A stretch of DNA of 64,000 nt from an uncultured Eubacteriales bacterium (GCA_905187695.1 CAJJIY010000001.1:6831-70830); one strand, 5' to 3'; positions 47,776 to 57,162 are shown, counted from the stretch's first letter. Notes: a model not told the origin generated them from the letters alone. Made by a program: numbers and translations.

Positions 47776-48576
47776 TCAACCGAAAGGACGGAATTTGTCA
47801 TCTTCGGTGAGCCCAAGCTGGTCCGCGACTTCCTGCAAGCGATGATAGCAATTTTTGAACGCGGCCGGATGATGCGCGTCAGATCCGATATAGAAAAGGC
47901 AACCAGCCTTTTTTGCCGCGCGGAACACACGGAAAGTGGCCTCTTTGGTTTCTTCCGGCTTATTGCCGAAATAAAAATCATCGGAGTTAAGCTCAATGCC
48001 TACACCGCGCTCGGCCGATTTTTCAAACAGTTCGGAAAGTTCTTCGTCTTTGAGCATTTCCAACACCTTATAGTACTCGCCATTGGGTGCAATCAGACTG
48101 CAGGCCAGATGAGCGATACCGATTTTGTGGAAAGGTAAGTCCATGTCAAGTACGCCGCGGAAACGGGAGACCCATGCCGCCGCCCGTTCTTCAAGCGTGG
48201 CATCCCGACGAATGGTAAAGTCTTTCATGTGCAGGTGTGTGGTCGGAATAATGATAAATTCCATTTTGTCCATCAACGGTTTGGTAATACCAAGCGTCAT
48301 ATGTTTATCAAGATCCGTTTCACAACCGAAATGAAACTCTACTTCCGGGTCCTGAGGAAGGGGAAGAGCCGCGGCAATGTGGGCATAGTCCTGTTTTTTG
48401 TAAAAGTCGCTGGCACCGGGAACATTTTCATCCCAGTAGTGATCGGTCAGGCACAGCTTTTTTATGCCTTTTTCTTTGGCAATCTCAAGAATATGCGCGG
48501 GGGTTTCTTCCGGATCATTGGAACAAAGCGATAATTCCGAATGAATGTGGTAATCATGATCTACAAGATATCTCAT
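47776..48576 (-). CDS. PHP domain (histidinol-phosphatase-like) metallohydrolase
   Basis: ORF 47776..48732 trimmed to ATG 48576 behind GGAGAAA. DYHIHSELSLCS, LTDHYWD and GSDAHH. Confidence 0.8.
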   Translation of the reverse strand: MRYLVDHDYHIHSELSLCSNDPEETPAHILEIAKEKGIKKLCLTDHYWDENVPGASDFYKKQDYAHIAAALPLPQDPEVEFHFGCETDLDKHMTLGITKPLMDKMEFIIIPTTHLHMKDFTIRRDATLEERAAAWVSRFRGVLDMDLPFHKIGIAHLACSLIAPNGEYYKVLEMLKDEELSELFEKSAERGVGIELNSDDFYFGNKPEETKEATFRVFRAAKKAGCLFYIGSDAHHPAAFKNCYHRLQEVADQLGLTEDDKFRPFG

Positions 48577-48602
48577 ACGATTTCTCCTTGTCGTTGGTTT
48601 TA

Positions 48603-49334
48603 TTATTCTTCCGGAAAAATCCGGTAGGGTACAAAAGAAAGAAAATCTGAGGAAATCATGGTAAAGCGGATGCCGTCTGTGATATTTTCGCGTTTCTCGG
48701 TATAAACGCCGTGAATATGGCCAAAGTAGCACCTTCTGACGCCGGCTTGCTGAAGGATCTGTAGGGTCTCTTCGGAACGAAAACTGCGGAAAACGGGGGG
48801 GAAATGCAGGAAAACAAGGATTTCTTTCCCGGCATTTTCGCCGGTTTGCAGTAGTTTGGCGGCCTGTAAACTCAATTTCAGACGCATAAGTTCCCGATTC
48901 ATGATCTTCTTATAATCCACAGAACCGACGGTCAGTTGCTGATTTTCTTCCAGAAACCAGCCGCGCGTGCCGCAAACAATAAAATCTTCCACCACATAGG
49001 CGTTGTTATATAAAAGAGAAAGGGAAGAAAAGTGGTTTTCCGTGAAAAAGCGGGTTGCTTTGGCCGCTGTAGACCACCAAAAATCGTGGTTGCCCTTTCC
49101 CAGCAGTTTTTTTCCGGGCAGGCTGTCAAGAAAAGCAAAATCGCATTTCGTTTCCTCCAATGTCAGCGCCCATGAAATGTCGCCGGGGATCACCACGGTA
49201 TCCTCCGGGGAAACCACGGCTGTCCAGTTTTTTTTGATTTTTTGCGTATAGTCCTGCCAGCGCGGGCCGAACACATCCATTTTATGATCGGATGCACCGG
49301 AGAGGTGCAAATCCGCAATTGCGAACAACGCCAT
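48603..49334 (-). CDS. metallophosphoesterase family protein
   Basis: ORF 48603..49457 trimmed to ATG 49334 behind GAGGAAT. Calcineurin-like motifs FAIADLHLS, PGDISWA, GNHDFW and HFPP. Confidence 0.85.
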   Translation of the reverse strand: MALFAIADLHLSGASDHKMDVFGPRWQDYTQKIKKNWTAVVSPEDTVVIPGDISWALTLEETKCDFAFLDSLPGKKLLGKGNHDFWWSTAAKATRFFTENHFSSLSLLYNNAYVVEDFIVCGTRGWFLEENQQLTVGSVDYKKIMNRELMRLKLSLQAAKLLQTGENAGKEILVFLHFPPVFRSFRSEETLQILQQAGVRRCYFGHIHGVYTEKRENITDGIRFTMISSDFLSFVPYRIFPEE

Positions 49335-49440
49335 AATTCCTCTTTTTTCCAAAATGTTTTTGCGTATGAAAAAGACTGTAACGGGTAAACTGATATTGTC
49401 CCGGGAAACAAACCCCCGGGAGCGAGGAGTGAAAATAAAG

Positions 49441-49632
49441 ATGGATACGAATTGCAATAAGGATTACTGCGGTTGCGAGCATGTAAATGACGGCATCAGT
49501 TGCGATGTAAAAAATTGCCTTTATCACGAAGGAGACTGCCATTGCACAGCCGATCAGATTGCGGTAGGACCCAGCTTTGCCACTTCCAGCACAGATACCG
49601 TGTGCGCCACTTTTAAACCTAAAAAGAACTGA
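49441..49632 (+). CDS. DUF1540-like Cys/His-rich small protein
   Basis: ORF 49354..49632 trimmed to ATG 49441 behind GAGGAG. ISCDVKNCLYHEGDCHCTADQIAVG resembles the DUF1540 repeat found in small sporulation-associated proteins. Confidence 0.72.
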   Translation: MDTNCNKDYCGCEHVNDGISCDVKNCLYHEGDCHCTADQIAVGPSFATSSTDTVCATFKPKKN

Positions 49633-49740
49633 TTTTATCATTTCTTTCGGGGTTGAACCGAATTCCTGTCAGAATGGTAGTTTGAATCCGGCAGAGTGTT
49701 CCTATTTGAACGCTTTCGCGGATCATCTGCCGGAAGACCG

Positions 49741-49768
49741 GAAAACGGGGAAACCCCGTTTTCTTTTT
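49741..49768. terminator. terminator hairpin shared by the DUF1540 gene and thrC
   Basis: GAAAACGGGG, loop AAA, CCCCGTTTTC, with T-runs on both strands. It abuts the thrC stop. Confidence 0.7.
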
Positions 49769-51246
49769 CAGGTGGCATTCCGGAGTACGACCTCGCTCAT
49801 TGCGTCCGGAGTGATGACATCGGTAAATCGGATCGGGCGCTCGCCGATTCCGCGAAGCGGATAGGGAATTTCGGTTTGTGTTTTTTCGGAAAGCACCGCA
49901 AGCGCCCGGAGCGGATCTTTTTCTTCTATTCCAAGCGAACGGCAGACATCCAACGCAAACTTATAGGGGCTTGCGGTGGAGGCCACGATCATCGGGCGTA
50001 AATCGCCGCTTTCCTGCCGATATTGATGCGCGGCATGTACGCCGACCGCAGTATGTGGATCGATGAGATAGCGGTCGTCCCGGAAAGTATCCCGGATAGC
50101 CAAGGCGGTGTTTTCTTCATCGGCAAAATAACCGCAGAAATTTTCATCGATCAGCGCTTTTGTTTTCGCGTCCACAGTGTAGGCACCGGTGGCGGAAAGC
50201 TCGGCCATTTTTGCGGCAGTAACTTCCGGTCCGGCCGTAAAATAAAGAAGTCTTTCCAGATTGCTGGAAATGAGAATATCCATAGAAGGGGACATCGTGA
50301 GATAAAAATCCCGGTTTCGGTCATAACGGCCGGTGCGAAGAAAATCAGTCAGAATATGGTTTTTGTTGGAGGCGCAAACCAGTTTTCCGAGCGGAAGCCC
50401 CATCCGTTTGGCCAGATATGCGGCAAAGATGTTGCCGAAATTGCCGGTCGGCACGGTCACATTAACCGTGTCGCCCATTTTGATCTTTCCCTTTGAAAGC
50501 AGATCGCAATAGGCGGAAACATAGTAGACAATCTGCGGTGCCAACCGTCCCCAGTTGATGGAGTTGGCCGACGAGAGGAAATAGCCGCGTTCGGCCAATT
50601 TGCAGGCCATTTCAGAATCGGAAAAGATCTTTTTCACGCCGGTCTGCGCATCGTCAAAATTGCCTTTGATTGCGACAACCTGTACATTTTTTCCGGTTTG
50701 GGTCTGCATTTGAAGTTTTTGCACGGTGCTGACGCCGTCTTCCGGATAGAAAACCAGAATACGGACGCGCTCAATATCCTTATATCCCTCAAGAGCCGCT
50801 TTTCCGGTGTCGCCGGAAGTGGCGACCAGAATGAGCGCCGTGCGTTTTTCACCGGTTTTAAGCAACGCGCGGGAAAGCAGACGCGGCATCATCTGAAGAG
50901 CCATGTCCTTGAATGCGGCGGTCGGCCCATGCCAGAGTTCTTGGGTATAAAGTCCGTCCGAAAGGGCATGGAGCGGTGCGGCCCCGCCCGGAAAGGCGCT
51001 TTCCGAATAAGCCGCAGCCGCATCCTGAAGCAGTTCGCCTTTACTGTAATCGGTCAGGAACTTTGAAAGAACGGCCGCTGCCCGTTCGGGATAGGAAAGA
51101 GGAAGAAGAGCTTCCAACTCTTTGAAAGTCAGTACCGGAATGGATTCCGGGACAAAAAGGCCTCCGTCCGGAGCCAGACCCTGTTTGATGACCTGCGCAC
51201 CGGTATAAGTTGCCGCGAAAGGATCGCGTGTGCTTCTGAATTTCAT
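49768..51246 (-). CDS. thrC: threonine synthase (long form)
   Basis: ORF 49768..51333 trimmed to ATG 51246. MKFRSTRDP, GGLFVPE, PLP lysine context PTAAFKDMALQ and SGDTGKAA. Confidence 0.93.
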   Translation of the reverse strand: MKFRSTRDPFAATYTGAQVIKQGLAPDGGLFVPESIPVLTFKELEALLPLSYPERAAAVLSKFLTDYSKGELLQDAAAAYSESAFPGGAAPLHALSDGLYTQELWHGPTAAFKDMALQMMPRLLSRALLKTGEKRTALILVATSGDTGKAALEGYKDIERVRILVFYPEDGVSTVQKLQMQTQTGKNVQVVAIKGNFDDAQTGVKKIFSDSEMACKLAERGYFLSSANSINWGRLAPQIVYYVSAYCDLLSKGKIKMGDTVNVTVPTGNFGNIFAAYLAKRMGLPLGKLVCASNKNHILTDFLRTGRYDRNRDFYLTMSPSMDILISSNLERLLYFTAGPEVTAAKMAELSATGAYTVDAKTKALIDENFCGYFADEENTALAIRDTFRDDRYLIDPHTAVGVHAAHQYRQESGDLRPMIVASTASPYKFALDVCRSLGIEEKDPLRALAVLSEKTQTEIPYPLRGIGERPIRFTDVITPDAMSEVVLRNAT

Positions 51247-51271
51247 ATAAATCTCCTTATGGGGCATAATT

Positions 51272-52201
51272 TTATAAATTTTCCAACAGAAAACGCTCGC
51301 CGTTTTTAAAAAAGAGGCGTTCAATTTCGTCACTTGTAAAGCCGTCCGACCGGAGCGCGTCTATCAGGAGAGGTAGATCTCCGACCGAAGAAATACCGCG
51401 CGGCAACGCGTCCACACCGTCAAAATCACAGCCAAGCGCGGGTAAATCCTTTCCACCGATCTTATAGAGATGGCGGATCTGAAGAAGAATCTCCGGTAAC
51501 TGAACAGTCGTTTTTTCCGAAAGGAAAGGCGGGTAAAGATTCAGCCCGACAACGCCGCCCGATTGCGCAATGGCGCGAATCTCCGCGTCTGTCAGGTTTC
51601 GGGTATGCGCGGAAAGCGCGGCGGCGCAGGAATGGGTGGCCAGCATCGGCGCGCCGTTTTTTTTGCAAAGTACCTCAATATCCCGAAAAGCACGGTGAGA
51701 CGCATGCGAAACATCCGGTAAAATGCCGGATGAAAGAAAAAGCGAAAGCGCTTCATGACCGAAGGGTGAAAGGCCTATATCCGTGTCATGGGCACCGCCC
51801 AGCCGGTTTTCTCCGCGCCAGAACGGGGCGGCAAAACGAACGCCCATTTGTCGCAGAATTCCGATCCGGGAAAGGTTTCCCGCAAGAATCCGTGCGTCCT
51901 CCAGGGAGGGGATCAGCACGGTCTTTTTATTTTCCCAAGCGGATTGGATATCTTTGATTTCTCCGCTCAGGCAGACATTACTTTCCTTGGCATTTTCCCG
52001 CAGACACGCGGCCATGCGGACAACATAATCAAAACCCTCTGCATCCGGAACGGCGGGGGGCGTGAAGAAAGCGGTAACCTGAGTGACGCGCCCGAAAAAA
52101 GCCGTCCTTGAAAGGTCAAACTGTCCGTTGCTTTTCCAAAGGGTATTGCCGGAATGTAATAATGCGCCGGGCAGATCACAGTGGAAATCAAAAAGATTCA
52201 T
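51272..52201 (-). CDS. M19 family membrane dipeptidase-like protein
   Basis: GGAAAGGAG SD. N-terminal FDFHCDLP metal motif, also VSHASHRAF and GCDFDG. Confidence 0.82.
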   Translation of the reverse strand: MNLFDFHCDLPGALLHSGNTLWKSNGQFDLSRTAFFGRVTQVTAFFTPPAVPDAEGFDYVVRMAACLRENAKESNVCLSGEIKDIQSAWENKKTVLIPSLEDARILAGNLSRIGILRQMGVRFAAPFWRGENRLGGAHDTDIGLSPFGHEALSLFLSSGILPDVSHASHRAFRDIEVLCKKNGAPMLATHSCAAALSAHTRNLTDAEIRAIAQSGGVVGLNLYPPFLSEKTTVQLPEILLQIRHLYKIGGKDLPALGCDFDGVDALPRGISSVGDLPLLIDALRSDGFTSDEIERLFFKNGERFLLENL

Positions 52202-52231
52202 GCGGGCTCCTTTCCTTTGGCGATATGGCGA

Positions 52232-52648
52232 TTACACACCGTATTTTCTTGCATCAAAGGCATTTTCAAGGTGCACGATACGAAAAGGTAACAGCCGGCC
52301 GCGAGCGTTTTTTTGCAGATACACTTCAACTGCGTCAAAGCGGAGGTAAAGGGAAGTAGGATGCGTTTTCAGATAATCAAAAGCGGCGACCACGGTTCTG
52401 CTCCGTTTGGGGCGGTCAATGGCAACGGCCGGATATTCATCCAGCGTGCGCGGGTCATCCGGTCCGTCATAAACCCGTGTTTTTACTTCCACAAAAGCCA
52501 TTGCTTCGCGACTTTGAATAATCAAATCCAACTCGTAATGCCCGCAATGAACATTTCGTCCGACAATTCTGTAGCCTTGGCGGCGCAGATAGCGTGCGGC
52601 CAGTTTCTCGCCTTTTCTGCCAACCACTCCAGCAGTATATGCTTTCAT
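52232..52648 (-). CDS. yraN: YraN family endonuclease (UPF0102)
   Basis: ORF 52232..52693 trimmed to ATG 52648, an ATGA overlap with rnhB. GEKLAARYLRRQGYRIVGRNVHCGHYELDLI and AFVEVKTR. Confidence 0.85.
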   Translation of the reverse strand: MKAYTAGVVGRKGEKLAARYLRRQGYRIVGRNVHCGHYELDLIIQSREAMAFVEVKTRVYDGPDDPRTLDEYPAVAIDRPKRSRTVVAAFDYLKTHPTSLYLRFDAVEVYLQKNARGRLLPFRIVHLENAFDARKYGV

Positions 52649-53247
52649 GACCCTGAAAGGAAGCGGATGAATTTTGTCCGGTAAATCTCGCACGGACCGT
52701 ATTTCCGAAGGGCATCCATATGTTCTTTGGTGCCATACCCTTTGTGTTTGGCAATGCCGTATTGCGGATAAAGGCGGTCAAGTTCCAGGCAGATCCTGTC
52801 CCGGGTGACTTTTGCCAGAATAGAAGCGGCGGCGATATTCGGTGAAATGGCGTCTCCGTGCACGACCGCACGGGCCGGCAGGGTAAAACCGCGGGTGATA
52901 TTCCCGTCTACCAAAGCAAAATCCGCACGGACCTGTAATCCCTCTATCGCGCGCCGCATGGCGTGCAGCGTTGCGGAAAGAATGTCGGTATTGTTGATTT
53001 CCTCCACGCTGCCGAGCGCCACACAGTAGGCAAGCGCATTTTCCCGGATCTGATCAAAAAGCAGATCCCGCTTTTTGGCGGAAAGCTTTTTGGAATCGTT
53101 GAGTCCGTCCAGAACAAGACCGACGGGCAAGATGCAGGCGGCCGCCGCGACGGGGCCGCAAAGTGGGCCCCGCCCGGCCTCGTCCACACCGCATATGGCT
53201 GTGTAACCGGCCTCGTTCAATTCGTTTTCGAGGCGATAATCAAGCAT
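52645..53247 (-). CDS. rnhB: ribonuclease HII
   Basis: ICGVDEAGRGPLCGPV, DSKKLS, ASILAKV and GYGT. Confidence 0.93.
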   Translation of the reverse strand: MLDYRLENELNEAGYTAICGVDEAGRGPLCGPVAAAACILPVGLVLDGLNDSKKLSAKKRDLLFDQIRENALAYCVALGSVEEINNTDILSATLHAMRRAIEGLQVRADFALVDGNITRGFTLPARAVVHGDAISPNIAAASILAKVTRDRICLELDRLYPQYGIAKHKGYGTKEHMDALRKYGPCEIYRTKFIRFLSGS

Positions 53248-54124
53248 TTTTTTCTCCCTTCGGACAGATATCCAGTGTCATTGCACCGATTTTCCCGGCC
53301 CGGAATTCATCCAGCAGCATATTGGCCGTGCGCTCCCGGTCGATTTCGCCGCCGCTGATAAGGAAACCGCGCTTCCGGCCGATGGCCAGAAACAGTTTTT
53401 CATCACTCACCTCGGGGGAAAAGGCGCTTTCGGTCAGTTTATAACGCGCGGCAAAAAGCGAAGGGTAAAGCCGCCGAAGCCGGCGGCAAAGCGCAATGGC
53501 CAGCGTTTCGATCTCCACCACATCATCTTTGATGGCGCCGGTAAATGTAAGATTTTCTCCCACCGTCCGGTCCTCAAAACGCGGCCAAAGCACGCCCGGC
53601 ATATCCATAAGATCCAGCCCCATGCCGGTACTGATCCATTGCGGAATCAGAGTCACACCCGGGCGGTTTTCCACTTTTGCTTTTTTGGCACCCGAAAGCA
53701 GATTGATGAGTGAAGATTTGCCCACATTCGGAATACCGACCACCATGGCGCGCAAATGCCGTCCGCCCATTCCTTTGCCTTCATAACGCTCGATTTTCTC
53801 TGAAAGAAGCGCCCGAACAGCAGGCATCAGTTTTTCTGTGCCTTTCTTCTCAAGGCAGTCAAAGGCAAGGGCGACATGGCCCTTTTCGGTATAATATGTT
53901 ACAAATCTGCTGGTTGCGGCCGGATCGGCCAAGGATGATTTATTGAGTAAAGTTAAGAGCGGTTTTCCTTCGGTCAGGGCGCCGATTTCCGGATTTCTTG
54001 AAGAAATCGGGATGCGGGCATCGAGAAGTTCGATGACCAGATCCACATTTTTAAGGTTTTCTCGGATAAGCCGTCTTGTTTTGGCCATGTGGCCGGGGAA
54101 CCACTGAATAATTTCGCTTGGCAT
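53240..54124 (-). CDS. rbgA: ribosome biogenesis GTPase YlqF/RbgA
   Basis: IQWFPGHMAKTRR and the circularly permuted GTPase order: LLNKSSL (NKxD-like) precedes GIPNVGKSSLIN. Confidence 0.93.
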   Translation of the reverse strand: MPSEIIQWFPGHMAKTRRLIRENLKNVDLVIELLDARIPISSRNPEIGALTEGKPLLTLLNKSSLADPAATSRFVTYYTEKGHVALAFDCLEKKGTEKLMPAVRALLSEKIERYEGKGMGGRHLRAMVVGIPNVGKSSLINLLSGAKKAKVENRPGVTLIPQWISTGMGLDLMDMPGVLWPRFEDRTVGENLTFTGAIKDDVVEIETLAIALCRRLRRLYPSLFAARYKLTESAFSPEVSDEKLFLAIGRKRGFLISGGEIDRERTANMLLDEFRAGKIGAMTLDICPKGEKNA

Positions 54125-54127
54125 AAC

Positions 54128-54712
54128 TCAATTCCTTTTTTGTGCGAAACGCAAAAGTACCTGTCCTAATATACGGCGCTCGTCTACCATGCCGATAACG
54201 GCATATCGGCTGTCAGCAGAATTGTTCCGGTTGTCGCCAAGCACAAAAAGTGAGCCTTCCGGCACGAAAAAAACATCGCTGTCTTTGGTAGCGGCTTCAT
54301 AGAATCCACCGTTTGAAAAATAGGCATATTTACTTTCATCAAGGCGTTCATCTTTGGTAAAAATATCGTCATCCGAGACATAAACCGCCGTATTCCGATA
54401 GTCGATTTTGACATATTTGCCGCCCGTTGCGATAATTCTTTTGACAATCGGTTCGTTGAACCGGTCAATTTCGCTGGTCTGATGGAAGACAATGATATCG
54501 CCTTCTTTGGGATGATAAGCAAAATCCGAGACCAGCAGAAGTTCTCCGTCATAAAGGGTGTTGTTCATAGAAGGACCGTCTACCACACAAAGGCGCATGA
54601 AAAAAGTCAGAAAACAAATGACAATGACGGTTGCCAGCACAAAAACCTCGGCAAATTCGACCGCTGCGGCACCGGGTTCTCTTCCGATAGCGGCTTTTTC
54701 TTCTTTCTTCAA
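54128..54712 (-). CDS. lepB: signal peptidase I
   Basis: TM anchor, nucleophile box VDGPSMNNTL, general-base box IVKRIIA and GDNRNNSADSR. Confidence 0.9.
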   Translation of the reverse strand: MKKEEKAAIGREPGAAAVEFAEVFVLATVIVICFLTFFMRLCVVDGPSMNNTLYDGELLLVSDFAYHPKEGDIIVFHQTSEIDRFNEPIVKRIIATGGKYVKIDYRNTAVYVSDDDIFTKDERLDESKYAYFSNGGFYEAATKDSDVFFVPEGSLFVLGDNRNNSADSRYAVIGMVDERRILGQVLLRFAQKRN

Positions 54713-54734
54713 AATAAATTCTCCTTTTTTCTTC

Positions 54735-55961
54735 TTATTTCGCGAGAAGATCCGTTGTCAGGAATTCCATCAGACGATGACCCTCCGGCAGATAATTCCG
54801 GCAGGCCGCGGCTGATTTTTCCGAAAAAGTCTGACAGCCGGAAAAGCGAAGATCAGAGGCGTAAATGAAAAAGGGAACCGGATCGATTGTGTGCGTGCGC
54901 AGGCGGATCGGCGTTGGGTGATCCGGCAAGACCATCACGCGGAAATCTTCTTTGCGGTTGCGCAGATACGCGACAACAGGAGAGAGGATCTCGCTGTCAA
55001 TTTTTTCAATGGAAAGGATTTTATTATCAAGCTCAGCGCGGTGACCGCATTCATCCGGCGCTTCTACATGGACATAAACCAGATCTGTTCCTTCTTCAAA
55101 GGCTTTTATGGCGGCATCCGCTTTCCCTTTATAATTCGTGTGGACATTACCGGTTGCGCCGGGCACATCAATCGAGCGCATACCGGCGCAAAGTCCAATC
55201 CCTTTGATAAGATCCACAGCGGAAATGACCGCGCCGTTCAGATGCCATTTCTCATAAAACGAAGGAAGTTGAGGTTTTTTTCCAGGGCTCCAGAGCCATG
55301 CGGAATTAGCGGGACGCAGGCCGCGCCGGCGCCGTTCCTCGTTGACCGGATGATGATTGAGTATTTCAAAGCTGTCATGCATCAGACGATAAAATTCTTC
55401 GCCGCCATTTTCCTTTTTCGGCAGATAATCGCCGATGCGTTTCCCAAGAATGTCATGTGGCCTGGTAAAATCGTAGCGATCGTTTCCGTTTTTGATGATC
55501 AGACAGTGACGGTAACTGATGCCGGTATAAAAACGGCGCGTTTCGTTTCCGAGTTTTTCTTCCAGCGCTTTGATCAGCAGATCGGCTTCCGGCGTGGAGA
55601 TTTCATCGGCGCTGTGATCCAGAATGATCTTATCGTCATAATCTTCGCCATTGTCAGAAAGCGTAACAACATTGCATCGAAAAGCCGTATCTTCCGGCTT
55701 CATTTCAATGCCCATGCTGACCGCTTCCAGCGGGGAACGACCTTTTGAATAAACTTTGGGATCGTAGGAAAGGATGGCAAGATTGGCGGTGTCGCTTTCG
55801 GGCACCATGCCTTTCGGCACATTGGAAACCGTTCCGACAAAAGCTTCTTTTACCAGCAAGTCCATTTCGGGTTTGTTGGCCTTTTCCATAGGCGTCAGAC
55901 CGCCGAGTTCGGCAATCGGTTCATCGGCCATACCGTCCGGAATGACAATCAGATATTTCAT
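54735..55961 (-). CDS. apgM: cofactor-independent phosphoglycerate mutase (archaeal-type, ApgM family)
   Basis: MKYLIVIPDGMADEP, HVEAPDECGH and LPDHPTP are the metalloenzyme-superfamily pattern of the ApgM family. Confidence 0.86.
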   Translation of the reverse strand: MKYLIVIPDGMADEPIAELGGLTPMEKANKPEMDLLVKEAFVGTVSNVPKGMVPESDTANLAILSYDPKVYSKGRSPLEAVSMGIEMKPEDTAFRCNVVTLSDNGEDYDDKIILDHSADEISTPEADLLIKALEEKLGNETRRFYTGISYRHCLIIKNGNDRYDFTRPHDILGKRIGDYLPKKENGGEEFYRLMHDSFEILNHHPVNEERRRRGLRPANSAWLWSPGKKPQLPSFYEKWHLNGAVISAVDLIKGIGLCAGMRSIDVPGATGNVHTNYKGKADAAIKAFEEGTDLVYVHVEAPDECGHRAELDNKILSIEKIDSEILSPVVAYLRNRKEDFRVMVLPDHPTPIRLRTHTIDPVPFFIYASDLRFSGCQTFSEKSAAACRNYLPEGHRLMEFLTTDLLAK

Positions 55962-56041
55962 GTACTTTTTACCTCAAATAAAGAATCATAAAAAGTATAC
56001 CACAAATCTGACAAAAGAGCAACCGTAAAAGCGGCTGAAAA

Positions 56042-56082
56042 CAAAAAAATTTGTCCGCAGACCCCAAAAAGTCCGCGGACAA
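56042..56082 (-). terminator. intrinsic terminator after gene 56092-56514
   Basis: TTGTCCGC (56051-58) pairs with GCGGACAA (56075-82). ATTTTTTTGT follows on the - strand. Confidence 0.65.
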
Positions 56083-56091
56083 AAGCAAATT

Positions 56092-56514
56092 TTACTGAAT
56101 CTGATCCACAATCCGGTGCGTAAATGCCAAAAGCGCCGTTTTTTCCTCTTCTTTAATGCCTTTCAGGAACGGAAGTCCGCCTTTTACATAGAGAATTTCA
56201 TCCGCAACATGCGTGCCAGCTTCTGTAAGAATGGATTTGATCTGAGCCGCAGCAGATTCGCTGCCATCCACGATCAGTGCCACATTCTGTGCCCGGCCTT
56301 TGTTTAATTCGCGGCAAAAAAGGCGAAGTTGATCGTCCGGCGTCCCTTTGAGCGAGAGCATCAGAATGACCAATCTTTCTTTGTCACAGGAATAGGCAGG
56401 CGGAATTTTGTCAACCGCATTGATGGCAAGGCCGTACTCGCTTTGAATCAGGGCGGCCATCGCAGCAATTTTTGCCTTTCCGGATGCGTAAAGAACGCGC
56501 ATTTTAATAGCCAT
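56092..56514 (-). CDS. hypothetical protein, possibly flavodoxin-like fold
   Basis: CGGAGGA SD, 140 aa. Alternating beta-alpha pattern (MRVLYASGK..., LVILMLSL, ALIVDGSE). No cofactor motif recognised. It has its own promoter and terminator. Confidence 0.55.
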   Translation of the reverse strand: MAIKMRVLYASGKAKIAAMAALIQSEYGLAINAVDKIPPAYSCDKERLVILMLSLKGTPDDQLRLFCRELNKGRAQNVALIVDGSESAAAQIKSILTEAGTHVADEILYVKGGLPFLKGIKEEEKTALLAFTHRIVDQIQ

Positions 56515-56590
56515 TGGAAGTCCTCCGAAAAAATAAATTTTACCTGAACCCGGCGTTTATCGCCGGAGATTGCGTAACAATCATATCTAT

Positions 56591-56619
56591 ATTATACAGG
56601 ATATCGGGCTAAGAAACAA
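56591..56619 (-). promoter_or_regulatory. sigma-A type promoter for gene 56092-56514
   Basis: On the - strand: TTGTTT, a 17-nt spacer (CTTAGCCCGATATCCTG), then TATAAT. A CCGGCG/CGCCGG leader hairpin follows at about 56549-56566. Confidence 0.5.
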
Positions 56620-56771
56620 TTTATATTTTGTAAACAAAAAAATTCAGATAATATGACAGAAAAATTTTTCTTTTTTGGGCAGTTCGACCATCCGCAAACT
56701 TTGTTATTTATATAACAATAATTTTTCGGGTGCCTTTCCGGTGAGAAAATTTTTTACTTCCTGATGTATGG

Positions 56772-56831
56772 GGTTGTAGCGGTGATTTTTAAAGTTTTGG
56801 TTATGCCATCAGACAAGTGACCGCTACAGCC
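56772..56831. repeat. 12-bp inverted repeat enclosing a 36-nt loop in the AT-rich island
   Basis: GGTTGTAGCGGT (56772-56783) pairs with ACCGCTACAGCC (56820-56831), with one G-U pair. Confidence 0.8.
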
Positions 56832-57054
56832 AAAATTTTTAAAATAATCGAAGAATTCTTCATAAAAGTAAAAATTTTAATTGCAGATTTTAAAAGCAAA
56901 AAAGCTGTGCTTAAAATTTCAGCACTTAAAATTATTATTCCATTTAAAAATAGTTCGCGGCCGGCACAAAAGAAAGATCGCCACGAGAAGCACTATCTTA
57001 AAAAATTTCAAATTTTTTTTGCGCGCTTGTATAAACGGCTTTTTCAATTCTCTA

Positions 57055-57084
57055 TTTTATACAAAATTTGCATTTTGTATAAAA
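57055..57084. repeat. perfect 13-bp palindrome with a 4-nt spacer
   Basis: TTTTATACAAAAT (57055-57067), ttgc, ATTTTGTATAAAA (57072-57084). Confidence 0.9.
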
Positions 57085-57110
57085 AGATAGAATGAGATTT
57101 CGAGGTCATG

Positions 57111-57140
57111 CAAAAGGAGGCAATCGTCGGTATTGCCTCC
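57111..57140 (-). terminator. intrinsic terminator after spoIIID
   Basis: GGAGGCAAT (57116-24) pairs with ATTGCCTCC (57132-40). TTTTG follows on the - strand. Confidence 0.65.
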
Positions 57141-57162
57141 CCTTCTGATCTGAAACTGAAAA

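Larger units (their letters stand above)
56515..57162. other. 648-bp AT-rich noncoding island
   Basis: This is the largest intergenic gap in the window. I counted 14 G+C in the 60 nt 56821-56880. It has no ORF with an SD or plausible composition. Confidence 0.8.

Noticed and set aside
49671-49700. GTTTGAATCCGGC resembles a tRNA T-arm (GGTTCGAATCC).
   Set aside because: No acceptor stem, D-arm or anticodon arm can be drawn around it. The match is imperfect and isolated.
56609-56636. dif-like sequence: TTTTGTAAACA resembles the XerD-side arm TTATGTAAACT of Firmicute dif sites.
   Set aside because: The would-be XerC arm (CTAAGAAACAA) does not match, and the central region is only generically AT-rich. 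The match overlaps a plausible -35 box. It is probably chance in AT-rich DNA.
56840-57020. Reiterated TTTAAAA/CTTAAAATT words considered as a possible CRISPR-like or iteron array.
   Set aside because: The units are under 10 bp, irregularly spaced and not separated by unique spacers of constant length. This is not a CRISPR array. It is kept only as part of the AT-rich island finding.
56817-57095. 92-aa ORF (and the nested 56881..57090) inside the AT-rich island.
   Set aside because: It has a GTG/TTG start and no SD. Its K/I/F-rich sequence is what random AT-rich DNA yields, and it spans the 13-bp palindrome. I treat it as noncoding.
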